Positions 1-11,779 of a DNA stretch of 64,000 nt are shown in pieces. The stretch lies in the NCBI GenBank assembly GCA_008632985.1, contig QPGO01000003.1, positions 558,001 to 622,000 of the forward strand. Reading direction: 5' to 3'. The stretch is from Psammoneis japonica. Taxonomy: Eukaryota. Under the pieces are notes generated by a model that worked only from the letters and a program-made list of their open reading frames with translations, did not search any database and was not told the DNA's origin. Numbering within the stretch: position 1 is the first letter of the stretch; the number at the start of each line of letters is the position of its first letter. A program made the translations under genes and the position numbers.

Positions 1-1420
1 AGTGTTGTTTTCTGTAGAAATCTGCCGTCTGACCCGCAGCACTCGCGCAGAACTTGTGCGAGTCGCTGCGGCAAATCCACGGAATTCAAATTGCAACGGC
101 GCCGTTTCAAAAACGCGACCAAAGTGCAGTGACCCATGAAATCAAAATGTGCCGGTACGTGCATGACGAGGAGCAGCAACTCTTCATTTCTTCTCCAAAT
201 GACGATTCACCTCTTGCTTTGGACGATCCAACGACGAGGCTCTCTCGCTGATTTGTGGGAGGCTTCCAAACAAGATGCACCTTGAATCGGCATCGAGAAT
301 GCATGGCATTCGGGGATTTGCCAATGGGCTGCAAACATTCGTGTGCACTTCCACGGCGCAAGTTCCACATGTTCAAAACTTCTCTGATTCCAGTGAGGCG
401 ACTCAAGAAATCTCTTCCATCTCGGTCTGTGGATCGTTTTCCTCCGATGAAGCGCAAATGGTGGCATCGCCGAAAGCATGGCATGTCAGAGGGGTGGCAC
501 TTCAACCAACGGTTGAGTTGGTCGATTGTAGTTTGAACAAGAATCGTCGCTTCTTCTCGCACACAATTTAAAGAAAACCCCGTTCACAAACGTGACACAG
601 ACGGAACAAGACGATTTGAGGCTGTCATTTGCAATGCAATTCTCTCTTTTGCCTTGGTGCTTCCTCCACTGATTGTGCTTCGTGTCACTTTTGTGCACAA
701 CAGTGGCTTTTGAACTCCGACCGGACAGCACCGCAGCAACAAAATGCTTTTTCCGCCATGCAGAAAAGAATCGCCAAACACATCAGAGCCATCATTGCTC
801 AGATGCCAAGACAACCACCCTCTCTCCATGCAATGTGGGTTAGAAATTGCCTCATCACAAAAGATTCACAACTGCGAACTATTCACATTCTCGTCAGCAG
901 GGTTTTTCACTCCCTGCTCGAATTGATGCAATGCGGTTTTCATGTTTCAGCGAGCCAATGGATGCAACACAGCTGCTGCAAAGCCAGCCAGCAAAAGGAC
1001 CACACATCCACGCAAGAGATTTGACAAAAGCGCGTGACGTTTGTTGTTTCAATGCACTTTTTCGCAGCACACGTTTCACTTTGAATGCTTTTCCATGACG
1101 TTGCTTCTTTCCATGAACAGCAACCTATGGTTCAAGGGATTGTCTGCACAATGACATGCTCCAGCGGTCGTTTTGTTGCCCTGTGCCGCCAGCGATGGTG
1201 GCACCATTGTGTTGCGCTTTCCAACAGACTCCAAGATAAGACATGTCCTTGTGTCTTGTGTCTTGTGCGTTCCGCTGTTCTGGGGGAAGTCTCCAGCCAG
1301 CTGCTGGCTGAAAAAAGTCTGCTCGTCAGTGCGTTTGGGGGTTTTGCAAGTACAATTTTTACGTGCGCTAAAGAAAACGAGTCTGTCCAGCGTTCACCAA
1401 AACCCCTTAACGCACAGATC
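1..1420. repeat. TpA-depleted degenerate repeat/TE-derived block (unclassified, runs off the window edge)
   Basis: Only 8 TA dinucleotides counted in nt 1-1320 while CG is still common. Overlapping Cys/His-rich spurious ORFs; no recognisable domain. Confidence 0.6.
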
Positions 1421-2050
1421 GACAGACTCTTTCAGTACAAATCCTACATAAAATTCTTCAGCCAGCAGCTGGCTGGAGACTTCCCCCAGTTCCCTGTTCC
1501 TCGTCTCGAAAGGCGGGTGTTCGGCAACCACGAACACCGAATTTTCAAAAAAAAAGATTGCCTCGCCTGCTCGCCGCCCGCCCGTTGACAGGCACCATCG
1601 TGACCGCCATTTTTTGTTCCCGGTTTCTACTTCTAGTAGGGCCCTACTGCTCTAGAGTAGAGAGTAGCTACTGTACTACTCTAGAGACTGTCTAGAGAGG
1701 TGCTGTTTACCCTAACCAGAAAGCTGCAGCAAAGAAAGGGGGGTAATCCTTGTTGAAAGTGATGATCATTGTCGAACAGGGAAAGAGACGCTGTTCTTCT
1801 CACAAGGAATCGTCAAACAATTATTAATTGAAATTCCGTTGCCGGATCGTCCAAACCATTCTGAATCAAACGCATAGGATGCACCTCTGAGCGTGACAAG
1901 CCAATCGAACGTTTTTGAAAATTGATCCTTGACAGAAAGGGTCGAGACATGAAAAAGATTCGTGTACACTCAATGGAAACACACTGAATTTTTTAAGAAC
2001 TCGGGTTATGGTGCAAAAAGCAACAGAGCATGAAAGCAAACATTTGCTCG

Positions 2051-3359
2051 CTACAGAAGCATGTTCAAAACGATGGGCACTCCCACTGTGAATATAAGCC
2101 AAGTCGACCACAAGCAGAAAGCTGCATATGCAGCGGAAGGCTCTTGCTCCTTTTCAAGGTAATAGACTACAATCTCACTGGTGGTTGGGAAACAATTGCA
2201 GGAGCTATTGTATGCGTTCTGCCCTCCAAAGGAATACACAGCCTTTTCGAACCCAACGGCGGCAAACCGAAAGCGATGACGCTCCAGAGTACCCACAGTA
2301 TGCCACGTTTCCGATTCAAACTCTTCCACTTCATCCACAAGGACCGATTGCTCCTCTGGAGGAAAAGCAGAGCTGTTGGTGCAGAAATCAGCCGGTCTTG
2401 TTTCACCTCCCAAGACGATTATCACTCCATTTGCAAACGATACACTTGCGCCGTCTCCACGTGCAGCCTTTAGGGGTTCCACGCTCTCCCACGTGTTTTG
2501 CTGGGTCCCATCTCCATCCACAGAATACCGCTCGACGGTGGACAGCGGTTTACAAAAGCCATTGGCATCAGTAAATCCACCAATCGTATACCAATACTGC
2601 AGCCCATCATCAAATGCAGACATGGCATCCCCACGAGCCGTGGCCATGGACGGGACTTGTTCAAAGTTAATTGTGCCGTTGGTTATAGTTTGATTGGAGT
2701 CAAAGCGAACACAGGTGGGGACAGCTGTATAATTCAACAGGTAACCGCCAGCAAAGTATGCATATTGATCAGTTCCGATTCCATCCAAGTCCGAGACTTC
2801 ATAATATGGCGGAAGCACTCCCACGGTCGACCACGTGCCTGTTGAAATATCATAAACCTTATTCAAAGAAACATAGCCCGTATCATGTGAGATGTGAGAA
2901 CATTTATTTCAAAAGTGACGTTTGTAACAACACATTCAATCATAACAATATAATATTGATACTTGCATCAATCTCGCTAATGATATTGTCATCTAAATCG
3001 CGGCCACCCGCGAGCCATAGCTTGTCTCCCACAATCGCTGCAGCGTGGCGATAACGACCACGTACAAGATCTGGCAAATCCACAAACGTTTCTGTTTTTG
3101 GATCAAACGAAAAAAGAGAATCTGAGAGAGACGTGCAAACAAACTGTCCCAGCGTTTCATTCAATGTATCGGCGCTGTTGCATCCACCGGCAATGTAAAC
3201 AAGCCCATCACTGCTTCCGACTGTGGCTGTGTGATCGGAAAGCCCTGTTGGGAGTCTGACGTCCAGAATCTTCCATTCAAGCGTCTCATCGACATCATGT
3301 GCATTACATGAGAGGACAAGTAGTACTGCAGCGGCAAGGCAAGTAGTAGCAATCCTCAT
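2051..3359 (-). CDS. Secreted/membrane-anchored Kelch-repeat beta-propeller protein (exons 3359-2967 and 2857-2051)
   Basis: N-terminal signal peptide; Kelch motifs (VYIAGG, RGRYRHAA..LWLAGG, YFAGG, YTIGG, IVLGG, YSFGG); C-terminal hydrophobic tail. The in-frame join gives ISEID|VYDISTGTWS across a GC-AG intron at 2858-2966. Confidence 0.85.
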
Positions 3360-3763
3360 TGTGCTTTGCGTTCAACGCGATGTGAGACGCTTTGAGAACG
3401 AAAAGATATCTCTCTAGACCTATCAATCTGGATCGGATTTTGCAAATTGTGTGGTCTGGAGTCTGGCCTCTATCAGGTCGTCTTTCGTTCCACTCTTTTT
3501 CGTTTTGTGGCCGTCATTTCCCATTTCTGCAGTTCCCATCCTTGTCCCCCATCGGTTACTACGAGTACTGCAGTATCACGGCAATAAAGAAACGACTTGC
3601 CCCGAGCATTGTTCATGCGAAAAAAGGGGCTACCGATACTGCTACTTGTACTAGAAAAAAAGGACGGCGGGACGAAACATTGACATGACGTTATGTTGTT
3701 AGCAAAACCTACTTGCAGTCACCAAACAAAAGAGCCACAACAAGCCATACAGAAACAGAAATT

Positions 3764-3802
3764 GTTCTTTGATTTAATGGGTGGATTTGATAAAATCCGG
3801 TT
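3764..3802 (-). promoter_or_regulatory. Histone mRNA 3' stem-loop and downstream element (H4)
   Basis: Minus strand reads AACC-GGATTT-TATC-AAATCC-ACCCATTA-AATCAAAGAAC: 6-bp stem, 4-nt loop. Confidence 0.85.
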
Positions 3803-3853
3803 GAAAGTGTGCTCATAAAAAGCACACGCTCGGTACAGTAGGAAGCGCGTCGT

Positions 3854-4964
<1,111 letters not shown>

Positions 4965-5014
4965 GCAGCCTTGTGCGTATCGAGTTTTAGACTTGAGTCT
5001 GACTTGATTATACA

Positions 5015-5053
5015 AACCGGATTTTATCAAATCCACCCTTCTAATCAAAGAAC
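5015..5053 (+). promoter_or_regulatory. Histone mRNA 3' stem-loop and downstream element (H3)
   Basis: AACC-GGATTT-TATC-AAATCC-ACCCTTCT-AATCAAAGAAC; hairpin identical to the H4 copy. Confidence 0.85.
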
Positions 5054-5696
5054 ACACTCACGTATGAGCTTTGCCGCCACAGCTCATCTAACTTTGCTTT
5101 GTACGGTTTGTCTATTGATGAAAAATTTCTAGCAGAGATTACATTGAATATTACGTATAGCGTATTGTACGCTTTTTATTGTAGTCGTCTGCTCTACCAG
5201 GTAAAGCATTTAGACAGCATTCTCATTCACTTCTCTAGCTAGAGGGTTAGCTACCGGTATGCTACAGCTTCGTTCACACTGCCGCCTTGGCACTGCTTCT
5301 TCTCTGGTTTGCGCTGCTCAATGCGGAACAAGCACACTGCTCGTACCGTAGTTGATACCGGTACAGTACCGCACCACCCCCGGCGACTGCCAGTAGCTGC
5401 CTGCATGCACGGGCGGACCTCCTGACAGATAGAATGTATGGGAACTGATAAGGCACAACTAATAATTCTACAGCCGCCGATGCAAGCCAGTCGCATTGTC
5501 AATCAGTTCCTACCGAACGGTATGGGTAGCCATGCCTCTCTACTCTAGAGCCTACAGTAGCTAGAGCTTTAGAGAGGATAGGAGCGATGAGTCCTTTGAT
5601 CTTTTCCTGCTTCGTCGCTGCTCGCTCGCTCTCAACTCCTGCTCGTCGGAGATCTGGTGTGAGTGTGTCAGCCTGATTGTCTTTCTGGTGTCCATC

Positions 5697-5949
5697 TTCA
5701 TCGTGAGACCCCACAAATACGGAGGGACCCTCCTGTAGAGCTCTACGCGAATTTTTGTATGTGGTACTGAAACATGTAGCCTACATACGCAAAACTGGTA
5801 CAGTTTCTACGACAAAAATCCGAAAAAACGCCTAGTTCGCGAGATAGCTCTGGTACAAAACCTACGTGAACAGTCCCCATACATTCACGTAGAACTCTAC
5901 ACATTTCCGGGTTGCGGGTCCCTCCGTATTTGTGGGGTCCCACGATGAA
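5697..5949. mobile_element. MITE-like foldback element upstream of PDAT
   Basis: 34-bp terminal inverted repeats at 5697-5730 and 5916-5949 (1 mismatch), plus an inner inverted repeat at about 5734-5752 and 5883-5901. Confidence 0.7.
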
Positions 5950-6077
5950 TCTTGTTCGTCTGTTGAGTGACGTGTTGCGATTTCAGATTTTTTCAAAGAT
6001 ACGGCAACCGTATCCTTTCAGACCTTTTCAGACTTCGCTTCTTTTGTTCTTTTGACACTTCTTGACAGTAGTACACC

Positions 6078-8032
6078 ATGGCGTCCAAGACAGCTGGTGG
6101 CAAAGCGCCTGACAAGAAGAAGAGCAACGACTCATCGAATGGTAGTGGAATTGGCAAGACCTTGACACGTCTCGCCGTGTTTGTTGGCATCCTGGCCGTT
6201 ACGTTCCAAATCATTCCCAAAACCGGTCTTGTCGAGACCGACGGACAATCATCCGATTGGTCCAGTTTTGATTGGGAATCCTTCTTTTCCAACATTCAAG
6301 AAAAGCATGTATCCGTCAAGGATTGGACGGAACGACCGGGTGCCAAACTTGCGGCTCTCGGTGCCTCGGCCAAACATCCCATTGTGATTATTCCAGGCTT
6401 CACCACGTCGGGTCTCGAAGTATGGGGCAGTGAAGAATGTGGACGCAAGTACTTTCGAACACGCTTTTGGGGAACCATGGATCAAGCAAAAGCGTTGTTG
6501 GCGGATAAGGATTGTTGGCGTCGACACATGACTCTTGACCCGTACACGGGAGGTGATCCGTCTCCGCACATTCGTTTGCGTCCCACAGAAGGAATGGTGG
6601 CTGGTGATTACTTTATGGCTCCGTATTGGGTGAGTGTATGGATGATTTTAAGAAACAAAAAGAAAGCGTTGTTCTCCTTGTCCTCACGATATTTCTGTTC
6701 ACACACTTGCAACTCAAACTCACTTGATAGGTATGGGGAAAGTTGATTGAAAACTTTAACGATGTTGGATATGATCCTTCCAACATGGCAATGATGCCGT
6801 ATGATTGGCGCTTGGCATTTGCACTCGTTCAAGAGCGGGATGGGTACTTTACCAAGGTCAAGCATCAAGTTGAAGCCTTTCATGGACGACACGGGAAAAA
6901 GGTGGTAATCATGGGACATTCCATGGGTGGACTTGTGATTCATTACTTTTTTGCATGGGTCACGACACCGACAGAGCAAGGAGGAGGCGGAGGTGGAGAG
7001 GATTGGGTCGAGAAGCATGTGGAATCCTATGTCAATATTGCGGGTGCGCTCTTGGGAGTTCCCAAGGCTGTTTCGGCTTTAATGTCGGGTGAAATGAAGG
7101 AAACATCCATGTTGGGAGTGGTTGGTGAAATTGCGGAAGAAATTTTTGGCCGAAAGCTTCGAAAGGACATGGTTGCCACGTGGGGTGCACTTTGGGCAAT
7201 GTTACCCAAGGGTGGTGAAGTCGTTTGGAATACAGTAGCCCATGGACAAGAATCGCTTCCCATGATTACATTGACGGATCCAAACACGGATATTACAAAC
7301 AAGCAACTCGAGGACGTGTCTCAAGATGAACGAGTCCGAAAACGATTGATGGAGTTTGCTTCGCAAGGAAACCACACGGCGCCCGATGTGGTGGATATGC
7401 TTTTGACTTGGGGGGCTGGATATGGGCCCGATACTTCCGCTGCCAAACTTCACAAATTCAAAAGGGAAGCAGAAGAAATTACGAAGGAACACTGGCACGA
7501 TGTGACTGTCACGCCTCTTCCTCATGCCCCATCCACCACCATTTACTGCTTGTATGGCGTCGGTGCTGACACTGAAGAGGCCTACTATTACAAGACAAGC
7601 TGGAACAACCAAGGAGGCGATGATGAGGGAAAATGCAGCAACAACAAGTGTGACCCTCCATTTCTTATCAATGCCAGTGTATTCAATCCCGAAATTAAGG
7701 TTGCGTATGGTGTACGATCCGGTGATGGAGACGGGTCCGTGCCACTCGTGTCTCTGGGGTACCCCTGCGTCGGCGGGTGGGCCACCGAGAAGTTGAATCC
7801 AAGTGGCACCAAGGTTGTGACCCGAGAATACAAGGACAAGAGTGTATTTCAGGTGGACGATCCTTTGCGTGGTGGAGCAGAGTCTGCGATACATGTCGAC
7901 ATTTTGGGGAATAGAAATATGATTGAAGACATTGTCAGGATTGCAACTGGACATGGAATCGAAAAGGTGGAGCAACGTGTGATTAGCAAGATTGAAGAAA
8001 TTGCGAAAAAGATTGACGAGAAGTTGGTCTAG
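6078..8032 (+). CDS. PDAT: Phospholipid:diacylglycerol acyltransferase (LCAT/PDAT family), intron 6630-6730
   Basis: N-terminal TM helix; HPIVIIPG; spliced YW|VWGKLIEN; PYDWRL; lipase motif GHSMG; GDGDGSVP; HVDILG. Confidence 0.92.
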
Positions 8033-8254
8033 AAACTTGTGGAGCGACGTTCTGGTGCTTGGACTTTGTCTATGTTGCGTGCTCTCCTACCGCTGACACA
8101 CGTCCATATCCTACTTTAACATTTTCATGGATCGTATTGCAAAAGCTTTTCTAATCATCAAATCAGTCTACAGTAGGCGTTACTTACGAGCATGTTTTTT
8201 TATCAGCGTGTGCATCGCTGGAGAGGTTCGCGATGCGGCGGTTAGCACCATACT

Positions 8255-11200
8255 CTACGACTGCAGAAAATCATGGAACGGATGATGGCAAAACTCTTCT
8301 TCGCCACCCAAAGGGTCGTGTCGGTCAGTCACTGTCGCCTGAGTTTGCCCATCGAAACAGCTGGGACCCGAATATCCTGCAACTTTCATAGCTGCAAGCA
8401 GAATAGTCTTTTCCGCCGTTGCTCGACGCTGTCCATTGCTACAATCATGTACATCGTCAGATATGACTTGCTCCCGAACATCTTCTAACGTCGAAATATC
8501 TTCTCTTGAGCTGTCTCGTGGCTGACGCGCATTAATCTCCTGACTACTTCTCGTTGCGAGCATGGACTGCGCTTCCAACATTGTCTTCATTTCACTTGCA
8601 GTCCATGGCACCTCCCCCAATAATGGATCTAATAAAGTACGGCATGACGAGTGCTGTCTTGATCGCCCTGTCCCGTTAGAGGCGACGGCAAACATGTCCT
8701 TAACATCGCCGTCACTTGTGGCTGGATTCGTGATGCGGGCCTTCTTGGCAGCGGTTTGATTGTGGCAGTCTAAGTCCACCCCAACGTGTTTCCTTTTCTT
8801 CAAAGGAATCCTTTTTTCATCGTTCGTCCATCGCGGTTTTGCCGTCTCGATATTCACAGCGTCCGTCTCTAGACTCCTGTGGGGAAAATTATTGCGGACG
8901 GTCGTTACGTGATCCACAGGTTGGATTTCCATATTTGTTGGCAGGCTTTTTGTCTCCTTTGCCGCCAAGCGAAATTGGCGCGGTTGCTTACTGTTCCAAC
9001 GATGAAAGACATCCCTGGCTGACCTTCCAGGCAACAATGTAGCGATTGCGGTCCAACTATTTCCTAATTCCTCTCTCGCATGCATTAGAGCGTCGTCTTC
9101 CTCTTCAGTCCATGGAACATTCTTCTTCAGCGACGGATCCAAAACATATTCCCATTGCTCCTTCACACGCGCCGTTGGCCTTCCTGGAGACACTGCAGTA
9201 ACAGCCGAGAAACTCATGCCTCGCTCCGCAGCTTTTGATGAAATAATGTCGTCTTCTTCAGATGAGAACTGGCCACTCTTAAGACCCGGCGGCCGGAGAT
9301 GCTAGTAGAGGTGGTTTGTGGGCATCAAATGTTTGAGACGGATACGCGACAACGGGGTGTTATCCAGGAAAATGGACTTACTCTGTTCCACCGTTGCTGA
9401 CATTGCTTGGGTGATCGTGCAAACTTGAAGTACTTTTCGGATATTACTTTCCAACACGACCCTTCCGCCTCCACCGCTGTCATCAGAACGTTGTCTTCGT
9501 CATCAGTCCAAGACCCTTTCTTCAACAAAAGGTCGTTGTCATAGTTCCAGCGGCGTTCCACATGTTCCGTTTGTCTTCCCGGTAGAAAATTGGCCATGTG
9601 GGAGGATTTCATGCCCAGCTCCGCCAAGGATCGAACTTCTTCAGTTGTCCAGAGAATAGTCTTCCCACACGGTCGTAGGGCCTAGAATGCAAACCCCAGT
9701 TAGAAAGCAAATGTTGAGCGACAAAGAAAGAGAGGACGTGGCTTCGTCAGCAAATAGGAAATCTAGAGACTTACCCGATACCACCGCCTCTGACACTGCT
9801 TGTCTGTACGCACACCAGCAAAGTACTTTTTGGGTATAACTGACCAGTTCAGCCCTTCTATCTCCACAGCAAAGCGGAGACGCTCGTCTTCTTCTGCTGT
9901 CCAACGCTTGTTGCGAGTGTGATTGCTACATGAAGACTCGACTGGCTGAAGTTCCGTGCTTGATTCATCGTCATCATCGGTCTGTTTAGCCTGTATCGCG
10001 GCAAGGGCACTTTAAAAGTGAGTAAACGGGCGCAGAACTAGATGAAAAGGCATGTTTAATCTGTCGAATGATTTCACCTCGTGTTCCGCAAGTACAGGAC
10101 TTGTTACATCACGCAATCGTTTCGCTTCCGAAAATGTATCCAGCTCGGCGGCAACTGTCGCCAAAGAGGCGAGGCTCGTTTCACTCTTTACGCTCTCAGG
10201 ACTGGCAGTGAGATCGATAACATTTGCGTTGTCTACAGTGTGTTGCGATGCTTCCCGTGTTGATTGAGTCTGCTTTCCGCCACCCGGGCTGACAGTGAGA
10301 TCGATGACGTTTGCTTCGTCTACAGGGAGTAGCGATTCTTCTCGCTGTAGGCTACCGCCTGTCTGTAACGAGCAACCCCCTCGTTGATACAGTCCGCGGG
10401 CCTTCTTGGCGGCCGTTTCTTGGATGACATAATCGGAGTTCACACCAGCATGCTTCCTTTTCCTCACAAAAATCTTTTGTTCAACATTTGTCAATCGCAA
10501 CTCTGCCATCTCCGAGTGCATCGGGCACGACTCTACTGGATTCCCGTCGTCGACTGCGAGTGACATAGCCTCATAAGTAGTGTCTACCTCATCTTGTGCA
10601 TCTGCTATGTGTACCGACTTTGGCTTTTGACAGGCATTCAACGGGTCCACATTTTCGGAATCCTCAAAGCAGTCGCTTGTCTTATCTACATCGGTAGGTT
10701 CGGCGACTACATCTCTGCGAGAGCTTCGATTAACAGCATACTGGTAGCACGACTGACGCTTGATTTGTTCTTCGGATCTTCCCGGCAACCGCTTAGCAAT
10801 CTCTTTCCAGTCTTTGCCACATTCTTTCTCCGCCTTCAATAGAATATCTCTTTCCTCATCAGTCCAGTGAAGACTTTTTCTCTCGTTGTCGACCGCAGAC
10901 GAGGCCAGTGGCTTTCGAACTTTGCTTGTTTGTGGTCGAAGCCAGTGCTTCGAGACGCCTGTGCTCCAATTCTTGTCCAGTTTCATGTGAAGGCGCTGCT
11001 TCGCAAGTCCCGATTTCCTCCCCGGCGGTTGTTTGGCAACATCAGGGAATTTCATGCCTTGATCCATCTCCTCAAGAATCGTCTCGTTTTCCTCGGCATG
11101 CCGACTGCTGCATCTCAACCCGTGTTTGACAACCTGAGAAATGAGCATGCAATCGCAACATTAGCTTGAGCAACAAGGAGAACGATTTTCCGCGAAAAGA

Positions 11201-11481
11201 AAAAGCAAAGAGAACAGAAAACTTACGCTTTTCCATCCATTGTAGCACTGACCAGCGGTTCGCTGCCCGCCAAAGTATTTTTCGGATGTTGCGGTCCATT
11301 TCGTTCCTTCCCGCTTTACCGCATTCTGGAGAAGCTTGTCTTCCGAGCCTGTCCATGTCTTGGCATGACGCGCGACAGTCTGAGTGCTTGCAGTGTTCCG
11401 GCGTTTTCTCATGTTGTTCTCGGACCTCCCCTGTGATTCTCTGGCATTTCGGCTCCATTCGTTTCCAAATTTCGCACTCAT
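8255..11481 (-). CDS. Multi-repeat Myb/SANT DNA-binding protein (introns 11134-11226, 9991-10077, 9682-9774, 9302-9381)
   Basis: About 8 Myb repeats (WTGSEDKLL, WTDEERDIL, WTAEEDERL, WTTEEVRSL, WTDDEDNVL, FSSEEDDII, WTEEEDDAL; LPGRS motifs). The four GT-AG introns join in frame. Start codon uncertain. Confidence 0.75.
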
Positions 11482-11779
11482 TGTGGACGTCAACACCTTG
11501 ACAACGTCGACAAAACCTCGCCAGCGACAATGCCTTACAATTAAACGCAGAGACCAAGCAACCGACAGTCTTCTTTGTCAATGGATTGTGACGAGAAAGA
11601 TCCGAAGGAGCAAAATCCGGCAAAAAAATCGAAACGGTCGATTTCGCGGGAAGCCGTTTGTCGACGCTGTAGAAATCTACGCTGTCACCACAGTACTGTC
11701 GTTGAAAGTGTACGAGTTTCTACGCCAAATTCGGAACCGACCTCATTTTTGTGTTTCAAATTTTTTGAAAAAATTTTGA

